Assembly: GCF_006345805.1 (NCBI RefSeq)
Contig: NW_021833565.1
Location: forward strand, 1 to 28,362
Origin: Octopus sinensis
Lineage: Eukaryota
Direction: 5' to 3'
DNA length: 28,362 nucleotides
The notes under the pieces were generated by a model. The model was not told the DNA's origin and ran no database searches. It saw only the letters and a program-made list of their open reading frames with translations. Below are positions 1-12,518 of the stretch, in pieces; within the stretch, counting starts at the first letter, position 1, and each line of letters begins with the position of its first letter. The position numbers and the translations under genes were made by a program.

Positions 1-151
1 GGTCAATCATGGTGTCTGATTGGAAAAATGTATACGGACGGGAGAGCTAGGAAGAAGGGAGATAATAAAGTACTGGTGATCCCAAAATTAAGGTGCGCGT
101 GCGTGTATGTATGTGAGAGTGTGTAAGTGTGGATAGGGGCTGGTAACATTG

Positions 152-186
<35 letters not shown>

Positions 187-454
187 CAGAAATTTTCACT
201 GATATTTTGTTTAAAGTTTTGCCACTTGTTATTTATTGTTGCCAGACCCCACTTTCAGAAGCACTGCACTACATGGTTGTGAAAAGTAACAGAAATTGCA
301 ACCAAATGTCTCTCGATCTACACCGCTTATACAAAAGAGAATGGAAGCATATGTATCTTATTTATTTATTGCGTTTGTTTGCCAATGTGGCTGTTTCATA
401 ACATTTTTCCAACGTATCTTCAACAAGAGGTCACAGACATAGTGAATCTCCCCA

Positions 455-662
455 CACATTAAATCGCACAGCTAGAAATAGCAACCAATTAATCCTCTAC
501 CCTCCACTATCGCGCGTTACTTGTCTTACAATAGAACGAAAGTGTAATTAGTCATAAATACACAATGTCTGCGAATGAAAGAAGAAAGGATGTCACAGCT
601 GGAATGTCTCTGAACAATGTTCGATTAAGTCTGGTTTGCGTCCAAACAAAAAACAACAACAG
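455..662 (+). mobile_element. Degenerate SINE-like repeat with (CAA)n tail
   Basis: AGAAATAGCA motif shared with ~27258, and GGATGTCACAGCTGGAATG...AAACAACAAC end. Recognised from memory of octopus repeats; not verifiable here. Confidence 0.4.
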
Positions 663-797
663 CGCTTGCATAAAAACTTTACATTCAGATACACATGCTC
701 AGAAATAGACATAAATGAAGTATATTGGAATACGTAGACACAATTAAAGAAGACACATCATGTCTTCTTTCTCCTCCTCTCCTCCCTTTCTGTATGT

Positions 798-844
<47 letters not shown>

Positions 845-1140
845 GTGTGTGTGTGTATTTGCTCCAAACGCCTATACGAGGGGTTCTCTCCAGGCTAATA
901 ACGCAGTATTGGGTGTTCGAATAAAACATCCACGTTAACTTGGATATAAAGATTGCTTTTGATACTAATACTGGTTTCGTTGCTAATAATTTGTTGTGCG
1001 TGTATCTATATATCATGTTGTATATACAAATTATGTTTTGTACACACACACACAGTATGCATGCATCTATCTATCTCTCTGTCTATCTATCTATCTATTT
1101 ATCCATATATATTATATATATATATAGATTATATATATAT

Positions 1141-1187
<47 letters not shown>

Positions 1188-1429
1188 ACGACCTCGAACC
1201 CTCGAACCCACAAGAGTAAACAAGAGAGACAGAGACAGGCAGAAACAAGGAAAATGACACTTGTATTTGAACACTATGCAAATATTCTTTCAATAAAAAC
1301 TTTTCTTTTAATTTTTCCAAAATTTAATTATTTTCTTTACTTACAGCTGAGAAAGTTTCAACGACTGGAACCGGTATTGAAATGTTTTTTTATAAAATTA
1401 TTTTACCATTTTCTATCTTGTCTTTTTTT

Positions 1430-1468
<39 letters not shown>

Positions 1469-1470
<2 letters not shown>

Positions 1471-1676
1471 TAATTTTAGAGACAGAAGCACCGTCAACTC
1501 AATCAACACTGAAAAATTTTATATGAAGCACGTGTAGTCTTATAAACGGAAAACACAGGATTCAGAATAGATATAGTTAGTAATAAGATTTAATTTTTAA
1601 CATTTTATGGAGTGGTCGAGTATAAGATCTTTCAGTGTTGATTGAGCTGAAGGTGGTTCTGTCTCTAAAACTAATT
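1469..1676. mobile_element. MITE-like foldback element, ~208 bp
   Basis: 41-bp inverted repeat core, 1474-1514 vs 1630-1670, with 3 mismatches. TSD not resolvable because the left flank is (TA)n. Confidence 0.75.
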
Positions 1677-1787
1677 TTATTTATACGAATTAAACATTGA
1701 GAGATGTACATTTTAGTACATCTAATCTGAATGTCTTTTTCTTGTGTACTCGGAAGTCATACACCCTAATAATAATAATATATAATG

Positions 1788-1831
<44 letters not shown>

Positions 1832-1836
1832 TAATA

Positions 1837-1894
<58 letters not shown>

Positions 1895-2157
1895 AACCAC
1901 TGCATATATTATATCATACATGCATATATATATACATACATCATGCATATATATATATATTTAAACACATGCATATATTATATACATACATGCATGCATA
2001 CAGGCTAGATAAGAGCAGTGAAGCAAGGGAATAGATGGTTCTTTCATTAGTTGACAGCTGTTTCGTAATATGCGTTACTTATTCCATGTCTAGCAACTGT
2101 ATAGCTAGGAAACTGTATGTCTAGCAAATGTTTATCCGACGCGGCCGTATTACCATA

Positions 2158-2229
2158 ACCACCACCACCATCACTACCATTTCCACCATCATCACCAGCA
2201 CCAGCACCACCACCAGCACCACCACCACC

Positions 2230-2264
<35 letters not shown>

Positions 2265-2450
2265 CCTTGATTAGCGTGACACTCCTCGCTTTAGACTATC
2301 ACCGGTTCCCACGAGACATGTCTACCAATTTCTACCAATTCCTCGCTACTATCGCCGTCACCACCACCACCACCATTACTACTATTACCAACACCATTGC
2401 TGCCACCGCCACTGCTACCACCTCCCCACCATCACTACCACCTTAATCAT

Positions 2451-2496
<46 letters not shown>

Positions 2497-2845
2497 GCCA
2501 CCATTATGTAGGCCAATAGCCTGGTTCAGACCATCATCTCCGATTAGTTTATTAATTTAACACAACTACCATCGCTACAACAACCACTATCACCACCGAT
2601 ACCATCGCCTTAACTGCTACCACAGACTAAACACGACCCTAGTTTCAGATAAGATAACCAATCCCACATGACCACAACCAACACCATCACCGACATCATC
2701 GTCGCCACCTCCACCACCTCTACCACCAGAACCAGAACAACCACCAATACCACGGCCTAATTCGAACCCACACTGCCAGACCGTCACTTCTGATTTCCTC
2801 TTAGACCTCTGTCGGCCAATATCCCTGAAATCCAACATCGCAACA

Positions 2846-2876
<31 letters not shown>

Positions 2877-3010
2877 CCCTTACCGACTCCGACTCCGACA
2901 CCACCATCACACCATCATCAGCACCACTATCGCCAACACTACCGCCACCACCATCGCGACCATCGGCACCGTTATCAGCACCACCATCAACACTACCACC
3001 ATCATCACCA
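2158..3010. repeat. Degenerate (ACC)/(ACT)/(ATC) trinucleotide low-complexity tract
   Basis: Directly visible. Confidence 0.9.
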
Positions 3011-3017
3011 ACTGGAC

Positions 3018-3397
3018 GGAAGCACTCCGTCGGTTCCGACGACGAGGGTTCCGGTTGATCCGATCAACGGAACAGCCTGCTCGTGAAATTAACGTGTAAG
3101 TGGCTGAGCACTCCACAGACACGTGTACCCTTAACGTAGTTCTCGGGGATATTCAGCGTGACACAGAGAGTGACAAGGCCGGCCCTTTGAAATACAGGTA
3201 CAACAGAAACAGGGAGTAAGAGTGAGAGAAAGTTGTGGTGAAAGAGTACAGCAGGGATCACCACCATCCCCTGCCGGAGTCTCGTGGAGCTTTAGGTGTT
3301 TTCGCTCAATAAACACTCACACTCGATTCTGGGAATCGAAACCGCGATCCTTCGACCGCGAGTCCGCTGCCCTAACCACTGGGCCATTGCACCTCCA
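3018..3397 (-). mobile_element. tRNA-derived SINE family C, apparently full length
   Basis: Reverse complement begins TGGAGGTGCAATGGCCCAGTGGTTAGGGCAGCGGACTCGCGG...GGTTTCGATTCCC (clear A and B boxes). Homologous to 21350-21597. Confidence 0.85.
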
Positions 3398-3597
3398 CTC
3401 ATCACCAACTACACCGTCATCAACATCACCACCAACAGCTGTTGCTGCTGCTGCTGCCCCCCGACAACAGATGCTAACCCCGCCTCCCTAAACTTATTTA
3501 TCTCTTTAATTTGTTACGCAGTGATACTGAGTCTCACTTGCGTATCAAACCTGCTCGACACCGTCTTCACTTTCTTTTGTTAATGTTGTGCATGAAA

Positions 3598-3675
<78 letters not shown>

Positions 3676-3770
3676 GTCTCGCTCCTATCTTTCTTTTTTC
3701 CTCTCTCTCTTTCGCTTTCATTGCTTTAGTTCTGTCTATATATCTATATGCACGTTTATGTGTGTATATA

Positions 3771-3816
<46 letters not shown>

Positions 3817-3996
3817 AATATGTATGTATGTATGTATGTATTATGTATGTATGTATGTATGTATGCATGTATGTATGCATGCATATATGCATATATGTAC
3901 GTATATCCGTATGATTATGTATACGTGTATGCATGTAAGTATGTAGCTATGTATGTATGCATGTATATTTGTGTTAGCATGTATAATGAATGTATG

Positions 3997-4040
<44 letters not shown>

Positions 4041-4200
4041 CATAAACACATAGGCATACGCTGTATAAACATATATACATATACATTATGTGTACATATT
4101 TACATCCATGTGTGTTTTTGTATGTGTGTGGGTGTGGGTGTATATTTATTATCTACTTATATACATACACATATATGTGTATAGTATATATATGTGTGTG
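3598..4200. repeat. Compound microsatellite (CT)n-(TA)n-(TATG)n-(TA)n-(TG)
   Basis: Directly visible. Confidence 0.95.
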
Positions 4201-4289
4201 TATATAAATGAGTACATGTAATGACAAGTTAGGCAAGTCGATTTACACAATATTAAATACATTACATGCAAAAATGGGCATGTGTATAG

Positions 4290-5575
4290 ATATAAAATAG
4301 TCAGACTTACAGAATAAAAATGATATCAAGAGTTAAATAGGTGTAGAATTTTACGAGTCCGACAGCTGTTTCTGGAGGCTTGGTGTTCCGGAATAATGAT
4401 AGTTACTTGGATCCATTGTCAGATAATACCGCCTCCGTCTTCAGGAGAGAATGTTACAAAAGAGAAGTTTACATTTGAGGTGTTGACAGGATGGAGTTTG
4501 TAGATAGAATGATTTTGTGGAGAACTGTGTTGAGAAAGGGAGTTGGGAGTGTTTAACTAGAGAGTAGCGGGAAGAGAAAATAGATTTTAGGGTTAGGGTT
4601 TATAATGAGGCAAATGATAGTAGTAGAGATGTAAGATGGGTGGGTGGGAGAAAGGTGGTCTAGGTAGTTTGTGAGTGATGATCATTGTGAAAGTTTGTAC
4701 GAAGGCTATAGAGTTAAAGGTTGAGATAGTGAAAAGGGCTTGTTAGTAATTGGGAGAAATGAGTTGACTGTTTCAGTGGCTAGGGGTGGATGGAGAGGTG
4801 GTAAAAATTAGTTGTTAGGGATACAAAGGAATTGAGCTTGTATTGGAGGGAGTGTTGTGGTAACTGGAGGAATATGAAATTGAATAGAGATGTAGGGAGG
4901 GGGTAGAAGTAGATTGGAAAGGAGTGAGGTTTTTGGTTAAGTACTGCTTGAGTTTGGGGAGGATGGGGAGATAAGCGGAAAGTGGCTGATTTGAAGATCT
5001 GGAAGAAATTTAAGATGTGTATATGGGGAGGTATAAGATTGAAGGTTTAATATTTACTAAGTAGCAGGTTGCAAGGCTGACTTTATTTTAGATTAAAGTT
5101 TTGGGGATATGGAAGCTTATTATAGGATTATACAGATTTAACGAAGTGCGAGAAAGTTGAGTAGTATCTGTGTTTACAGGAATACATAACATCAGAGAAT
5201 CTATTGAGTAATGAGAAGTTGTGAAGGTGAAGAATGGCTAATGTTTCTGTTAGACTTAACTTATATTTGCCGATATTAGCATTGTATGGGGAAGGTTCAC
5301 TTACTATGGATATTATGATCCAACATGTATGGAATATTTTGCGGCTTGAGTTTGTGTATGTACGTTGCTAAGGAGGTAGATAGTTTAGAGTTTGGATTAG
5401 TGAAAGAGTTCGTGTATGCATGATAGCGGAGCTTGAAATCTACGGTGCCCCCGATATATACCCTTGCTTGGTGGGAGCGGGGCGTTACAACACGGCACTT
5501 ATAGATCATATTTTTGCACAGACACGAGCCTGCACTACGTCCTTCACTAAGTCCTCGACTACAAAAAGTACCTTC
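4290..5575 (-). mobile_element. Penelope-like retroelement 3' relic: GIY-YIG endonuclease fragment plus terminal region
   Basis: Minus-strand translation CLCKNMIYKCRV...VYIGGTVDFKLRYHAYTNSF...STSLATYIHKLK, then after a frameshift PYNANIG...LLNRFSDVMYSCKHR to the stop at 5128. This matches the Penelope GIY-YIG C-terminus. It is followed by a strand-biased tail ending in a hammerhead-like motif. Confidence 0.85.
4358..4447 (-). ncRNA. Minimal type I hammerhead ribozyme-like motif in the Penelope terminus
   Basis: Minus strand: CTGAAGA (4444-4438), c, GGAGGC (4436-4431), 51-nt loop, GCCTCC (4379-4374), a, GAAA-CAGCTG-TC with predicted cleavage 3' of position 4361. Stem I is only ~2 bp and the base of stem II is a C:A mismatch. 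Confidence 0.6.
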
Positions 5576-5650
5576 AAGGCGGTGCTCCAGCATGGCCGCA
5601 GTCAAATCACTGACATAAGTAAATGAATGAAAGAATAAAAGAATGAAAGA
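5571..5650 (+). mobile_element. SINE family A, 3' end
   Basis: AAGGCGGTGCTCCAGCATGGCCGCAGTCAAAT plus GAAT/AAAG tail. It marks the point where the Penelope relic stops. Confidence 0.75.
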
Positions 5651-5678
5651 AATATACATACATACAGATATATATATA

Positions 5679-5767
<89 letters not shown>

Positions 5768-6212
5768 CACACAGATACATGCATACATATATATATACAT
5801 AAATGTGTATATATATAAAGATATATATATACAGATATATGTATTATATGCTTATATATGAACATACGAGTACGTATATATGTCTGTACGTACGTGTATG
5901 TGTTGGAGGTATCTAGGTATATCCATGTGTGCATGTGAAGGTATATATGTATGTGTTTGTATGTGTGTACGTTTAGAGTATATAGATATGTGTGTGTGTG
6001 TAGTGTGTATGTATGTATTAATGAATAAATGTGTGTGTGTGTGTGTGAATCTGTGTATACGTGTGCGTGTGTACATGTTCTGTTTACATAATATTTATCT
6101 ATGGTCGTGTTATGATAGCTACAGCCAACTGAAAAGTATAGCAGCGTGTCTTGGCATCAGCATCGCACTTGTGCTAGTTCAATCATATTTTAATTGTCTG
6201 AAATGTCTGTTT

Positions 6213-6274
<62 letters not shown>

Positions 6275-6570
6275 TTCTTTCTGTCGTTGTTGTTTTACGT
6301 TTGTTGCTGTCGATAAAAAAGAACTATCGGTTGTTTTCGATTTATCAACCTCTCCAGGAATGTACGTGCTTAGACAGGAGCAATAATAATTACCCCTTCT
6401 TGCCCCTAAGTTCTCCTTTAGGTTCCATCGTGTATATAAACATGGAAATTTCCAATGCAAAAACTTATGTCTGCTCTTGTTGAACTTCAGCCACGCTCGG
6501 GGCACTGCCTTGAAGCGGTTCGACTTTCAAATCAGCTCCCGTAGGAATGTTTCTTAAAAACAATAGTGTA

Positions 6571-6764
6571 TATGTTTGTGTGTCTGTGTTTGTTACCCCA
6601 AAATCGCTTGACAACCGATGCTGGTAAGTTTACGTCCCCGTAAATTAGTGGTTCGGCAAAAGAGACCGATAGAATAAGTACTAGGCTTGCAAAGAATAAG
6701 TCCTGGGGTCGATATGCCCGACTAAAGGCGGTGCTCCAGCATGGTCGCAGTCAAATAAAAGAGT

Positions 6765-6770
<6 letters not shown>
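6571..6770 (+). mobile_element. SINE family A, 3' half
   Basis: Aligns to 14925-15130 (GCTTGACAACCGATGCTGG...GGCGGTGCTCCAGCATGG). Confidence 0.85.
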
Positions 6771-6795
<25 letters not shown>

Positions 6796-6895
6796 TATGA
6801 CATACATTACATACATTCACACATACACCCATCCATCCATTCATCCATCCATACATGCATACCTACATACGTGTGTGCATGTGTGTATGTATGTG

Positions 6896-6964
<69 letters not shown>

Positions 6965-7600
6965 GTTTACGTATGTATACGTTGGACTGTCTCTCTCATC
7001 GCTTTGTCGAATGAGGCTGCTGTCTGATGAAGCCTCATTCGACGTAGGACTGTAGAAAGCTACCATCATTAACCTCTGGCCGCTTGTGTGCAGGATCAAA
7101 ACTGAAGACTTCCAGTAGCATCCTCTACGTATCCCCGTTGCCTTTTCCCCCCTACCACCACTGCACTCATAAGATTATGATGATATTGATGCTGATGCCA
7201 CGGTGTGGGGAAAAAACCTTCAAAATGAATATAATTTTAGTAACCGTGGTTTGGGCAGAGCAAGTCTCAGTTCCTTGTCCTTCAATCTTGTGTTGGTCTG
7301 GTGCAATATGTGTCACGAATCCTGTAGTAATGAGGATGCAGCTAAGGAGTTCAGCTAAGGGGCTCATCTGTCTTGGGGCCGCTGGGGGTGTCTGTGATTC
7401 CAGATACAATTCTATGGCATGCTAATTCACACTATGTCGGAACCCTGGCAGGTGCTATAACACCAGAGTAGAGCAGATCCGGGGAAGAAAGTGGCGAAGA
7501 AGTGGTTCCGAACTCCCCAAAACCCACGAAACACCTGAATCAGGTTCCCACTAAGTTTGTGGTTAAAAGGCGTAGTCAGGACATATATGTGCAAATATAT

Positions 7601-7658
<58 letters not shown>

Positions 7659-7662
7659 TCTA

Positions 7663-7762
7663 CACTTTTACTTATTTCAGTCATTTGACGGCGGCCAAGC
7701 TGAAGCACCGCCTTCAGTCGAGCAAATCGACCCCTGGACTTATTCTTTGTAAGCCTAGTACT
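7663..7762 (-). mobile_element. SINE family A, 3' fragment
   Basis: Reverse complement of the family A tail (AGTACTAGGCTTACAAAGAATAAGTCC...). Confidence 0.8.
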
Positions 7763-7821
7763 AATTCAGCTGTATATGTATGTGTGTACATGTGTGTGTG
7801 GGTGTGTGTGTGTGTGTATCT

Positions 7822-8013
7822 TAGTGTCTATGTTTATCCCCACCACCGCTTGACAACCGGTGCTGGTGTGTTTACATCCCCGTAACTTAGCGGTTCAGCA
7901 AGAGCGATAGGCTTTAAAACAAATAAATAGTGGGGTCGATTCATTCGAATGAAAATTCTCCAAGGCTGTGCCCCAGCATGGCCGCAGTTCAATGACTGAA
8001 CCAAGTAAATGAT
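7822..8013 (+). mobile_element. SINE family A variant, 3' half
   Basis: CGCTTGACAACCGGTGCTGGTGTGTTTACATCCCCGTAACTTAGCGG...CCAGCATGGCCGCAG. Confidence 0.8.
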
Positions 8014-8056
8014 AGATACACATACACACACACATTCACACACACACATATATGCA

Positions 8057-8250
8057 TAACGTGGTATAATTATAAACAGGGCAAATTTTAACCATTTCTC
8101 CGAAGACTGGAAAAAAATGATGAATAATCTTCATCGATTTTCGAAACTTATTGGGGTCTCATCAGAGGTGTCTACAGCATTCTGACAATCTCCAGACAAG
8201 CAAGCAGCCTAACTGCTTATATACTCAACAAATGCAGCAGTTACTCTATG
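8057..8250. repeat. Dispersed direct repeat, copy 1 (partner at 25451-25641)
   Basis: Manual alignment gives ~80-85% identity over ~190 bp with 3 gap positions. Confidence 0.85.
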
Positions 8251-8591
8251 AAGGAGTCCCTAATTTGCATATATCCGAACACTCGCATATGAGTGAAAGA
8301 CACCAACTGATACTGCTACAGGTATTATTGCTACCGTGGCTAGAGGTGCTGCTACGATAGCAGATTCTGAGATGATGATGGTGATGCCGAAATATGTATG
8401 ATTCGTTTCCAACGTAGCATGTGGTGGTGTAATCATATATAGCGAGTGAATGGTGCCTGAGTCATCATTTCATCATTTTTTTCATTCTTAACATTGGAAC
8501 ATCTTGATTTCACTTCAACTCCGCAGGGGGCGAGGTTTGCTACTTGTTTTTCACGTGGCCAGCCAGACCCAAAAGCTATGAGTGCAGCGGC

Positions 8592-8771
8592 AATAATAAT
8601 AATAATAATAATAATGATAATAATAATAATAATAATAATAATATAATAATAATAATAATAGTAATAATATTAATAATAATGATGATGATGATTATGATGA
8701 TAATAATGATAATAATAATATTAATAATAATGACGATGATGATGATGATGATGATGATAATAATGATGATG

Positions 8772-8830
<59 letters not shown>

Positions 8831-8913
8831 AATAATAATTATAATGACGATGATGATCATGATCATAATCATGATCATGACAAAATAGTAGTAGTAGTAG
8901 TAATAGTCGTAGC

Positions 8914-8955
<42 letters not shown>

Positions 8956-8962
8956 TGTAGTG

Positions 8963-8998
<36 letters not shown>

Positions 8999-9147
8999 AG
9001 CGAAGATACAGACAAAAACAAACTATACAAAATAAAATAATAATAATAATAATAATAATAACGATGAGGTGGGGGAGGATGAGGAGGAGGATATTGGTGA
9101 CGACGACGATGATGACGACGACGACGACGACGATGATGATGATGATA
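8592..9147. repeat. Compound trinucleotide array (AAT)/(GAT)/(GTA)/(GAC)
   Basis: Directly visible. Confidence 0.95.
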
Positions 9148-9643
9148 AGGAATTACGTCTGTTGAAACAATTCGGGCGTTCCACTGTTTGAAGAAATATC
9201 ATCACCGCCACCTTCGCCACCACCAACACCACCACTATCACCGACACCGCCACAGCCATCATCAGCAGTACCATCACCAACAACAACAACAGTAAGGTGT
9301 TAGCCAATGAGGAAGCAGTCTAAGAAATCACTCGACCCGTAAGAAATAGGAGCCAGGTAATCCTCAATTACGCCATACTGTCTGAAGAAAATAAAGAGCG
9401 CAGTAGATAAATGCGGTTTAATCATAAGCCTTAGAAAGACAGGATGGTCATGAATGGATATAGATGACGACGACGACGACAACAACAATAACAATGATAA
9501 TAATAAAAACAACAATAAGAAGAAGATGAAGAAACACAACAAAAACAACAATAATAATAATAATGATAAATAATAATTTTTTTACGGTTATATATTTGTT
9601 TTGCAAGATTCTTGATGTGAAATCGTGTGTTGAAACATATATT

Positions 9644-9827
9644 GTTGTATTTAGGAATGGTCATGTTACCAGTTTAGCCAATAAAAACACACGCACTATA
9701 TATTTGGTGTTAATTCCCTTGATTAAGATTAATGTAAAAAATAAAGTTGAAGCAAGTTAACACCAAATATGTACTGCGTGTATTTTTATTGGCTAAACTG
9801 GCCAACATGACCATTCCTAAATACAAC
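9644..9827. repeat. Inverted repeat, ~70-bp arms, 43-bp spacer
   Basis: 9644-9713 is the reverse complement of 9757-9827 with about 5 differences. Confidence 0.9.
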
Positions 9828-9828
9828 G

Positions 9829-9890
<62 letters not shown>

Positions 9891-9891
<1 letters not shown>

Positions 9892-11543
9892 CGGATATAA
9901 ATGTTACGGCAAAACGATCAGCCGCCTTTTATATATGGATAACCTAAAACTATACGCTGCAAATGACAACAGCTGGAAACACTATTAAAGACAGTTCATG
10001 GATTTACCAAAGAAATAGATATGAAATTTGGATTAGAAAAATGCGCCAAAGTAACCATGAAAAGAGGAAACTAGTTAAGAGTAACAACATCACACTAGAT
10101 AAAACCAATGAAATAAAAGAATTAGACCAAAGCCAAACTTACAAATACTTAGGAATCCATGAACTAGATAAGACACAACACACACAAATGAAAGAGAAAA
10201 TTTAAAAAGAATATTATAGACGAGTTAGATCAATACTAAAAACAGACTCAATGCTAAAAACAAGATAATAGGTATCAACACTTTAGCTGTCCCAGTTATA
10301 AGTTACAGCTACAATATCCTTAACTGGACACGAAATGACTGTCCAAAATAGATAGGAAAACAAGAAAAATACTGACAGGATCTAGGATGCATCACCCAAA
10401 TCTGACATAGAAAGACTATATATATACAACGTATAGAAGGTGGTAGAGGCCTTATACAGCTGGAAAACTACTATAAAATAACCACCATAGGACTGCAAAA
10501 ATACCTACTTCAGAAGGAAGGAAAACTGATCCAGATAGCAGCAAAACACGAGCAAAACACAAAATTAAACTCAGTATTTAAGGAAGCTGACAAAAACAAA
10601 CAAGAAATCATACCACCTAATAAACACAAAGAAGAAGAAGAAGATGATGAAGAAACAACAAAAGCTATAAAACAAATGAAATCCAAACTAAAAATAGAAC
10701 AGCAACGAACCATGATAAAACGATGGCAAGAAAAGCCCCTTCATGGTAAAAGAAAAATCCCAACAATGGTTGAGAAGCTCAGGACTCAAAGCAGAAACAG
10801 AGGGATTTTTAATTGCAGCACAAGACCAAAGCCTCCCCACCAGAAATTACCAAAAACATGTATGAAAAGAATATTACAAGTAACTGCAGAATATGTGGAG
10901 ATGGACAAGAACAATAAATCATATTATCTCTAGCTGCCCAGTCCTGGCTAAGAGGAATATATTCACAGACATGACAGAGTTGGAACCTACATACATTGGA
11001 AGCTATGCCAACATTATGGAATAACAACAGAAAAAAGATGGTATAGGCACACACCAGAAAGGTCACAGAAAACGAGAAAGCACCATACTCTGGGATATGC
11101 CGATACACACAGATAGAGAAATAAGGCCAACAGACCAGATATAGTTGTCAGAGATCATGAAGAAAAAAAATGCTTTCTAATTGATGTATCAATACCGGCA
11201 GATGACAACGTGTCTCTAAAAAAATGGAGAAACTCTCAAAATACAAAGACCTGGAATAGGGGTAACTAGAATGTGGAATCTGAAAACAGAAACAATTCCT
11301 ATCATAGTAGGTGCATTAGGCATGATAAAAAAATATTCAGACAAATACATAACAAAAACACCAGGACTTACAACACATATAACATACAGAAAATTGCACT
11401 ACTAGGCACTGCACACATCCAACGCAGAACACTTTCCATACAATAACCATCAGAGCATCACAACAAATCACAGCACATACCCAAGGCACACAGAGCTGCG
11501 CTCGGTAGTGAAGTGAAAGCACGCTATAAAAATAAAACTACTG
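9891..11543 (+). mobile_element. 5'-truncated, decayed R4/Dong-like RLE non-LTR retrotransposon inserted in (TAA)n
   Basis: Frame-hopping translation gives RT motif LLYMDNLKLYA (YMDN at 9932-9943; catalytic YxDD altered), then [35 protein letters not shown], a CCHC knuckle CRICG..INHIISSC, YIHRHD, RPDIVV and LIDVSIP (PD-D/ExK RLE), ending at TAA 11444-11446 with a ~100-nt 3' UTR. (AAT)n lies on both sides. The domain order matches RLE-clade LINEs, and TAA targeting is known for Dong/R4-clade elements. Confidence 0.92.
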
Positions 11544-11584
11544 AATAATATAATAATAATAATAATAATTATTATAACAACAAC

Positions 11585-11720
11585 AAAATCAATGATAAGG
11601 TCTTAAATTTTGGGGAACTGGGCTAGTCGATTACATCTATCCCCAGTATTGGACTGGTATTTATTTTATCAAATCCGACTAGCATCGACGGGGTTTGAAC
11701 TCAGAACATAAAAACGGGGG
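11585..11720 (-). mobile_element. Degenerate SINE family B fragment
   Basis: TAGTCGATTACATC...CCCCAGTA...CTGGTA...TTTGAACTCAGAAC. Confidence 0.6.
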
Positions 11721-11921
11721 AAAAGAATTACTCGATTAGTTCAACTCCAGTACTTGAGAGGCACTTATTATCAACCCCCACCTCCTAAAGGATGACGGTT
11801 GACAAGGAGGTACATAAACTCAGAAGGTAGAAAGCCAGTATAAATACCGCATGATGCGCTCTTGACTATATTAATCTCACGATAATAGTAAGGATGATGA
11901 GAGACATATAGACCGAAATTG

Positions 11922-11964
<43 letters not shown>

Positions 11965-12518
11965 TGCCCTATGCAGTACCAGGTAGTGGCTCTCGTGGCT
12001 TCTGATCATAACTGATTGAAAGTGTTGTCATGTACATTGTTTTGTCTTGGTATAAAAGATGGGCTACAGCAAATATTCTGCTCAATACCACAGATTTGCT
12101 TGTCAGTTGTTTGACCTTAACCAGTTGAGCATGTCCCTTAGTGGCTGACGATATGTGCATCTCTGTTCACGAGCAGAAGTAGTGGGGGAGCATCATAGCC
12201 GTGTGTTGAGAGGGATTCTTTGGGGTTTGAATAATTCACCTCTCGAAACATGGGTGTTTCGTTCAACATCCTTAAACAACCCTTATTCAGGGACCTTTTC
12301 AGTGGGATGGGTTACTCGACCAGAAGAAAATTCTAACTCGGCCCCACCCGCAAGGTCATGCGCTGTTTATCTTGTTATGAGATCACCATGTCGCGCACAT
12401 ATGGTTGTGATGCATGTGCCTAGTGTACTCTTATCAGACGGGTAGTCATGATGGGTATACTGGGCTTCGTATATTTTACCCCAGTGTCACTTTGATGGCA
12501 TGCACTGCTCTCTCACTC
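11965..12518 (+). mobile_element. Unclassified ~554-bp non-coding interspersed element in (TAA)n, copy 1
   Basis: About 95% identical (manual estimate over ~245 nt) to 16664-17217. Both copies have the same ends (TGCCCT...CTCTCACTC) and (AAT)n on both sides. No TIRs, tRNA head or shared ORF seen. Strand is inferred from the neighbouring LINE. Confidence 0.8.

Noticed and set aside
2671-3058. ATG-less 129-codon Pro/Thr-rich frame resembling a mucin or extensin
   Set aside because: Lies in an ACC-repeat tract that cannot make stops, runs into the tail of a SINE, and has no splice support.
3330-3397. Functional tRNA gene (also 14723-14790 and 21530-21597)
   Set aside because: A and B boxes are present, but each continues into a shared SINE body and no acceptor stem closes.
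6179-6505. Minus-strand ORF with poly-Thr tract
   Set aside because: The poly-Thr is a (GTA)n microsatellite that is also open as poly-Val on the plus strand. No motif or reliable splice pair.
8057-8250. Selenocysteine codon, from a TGA shared in the plus frame of both repeat copies
   Set aside because: The copies have other stops and frameshifts, show no codon-position bias, and no SECIS was seen.
12155-12445. 96-aa ORF inside the TAA-element
   Set aside because: No recognisable domain. The ORF track shows no equivalent ORF in the ~95% identical second copy.
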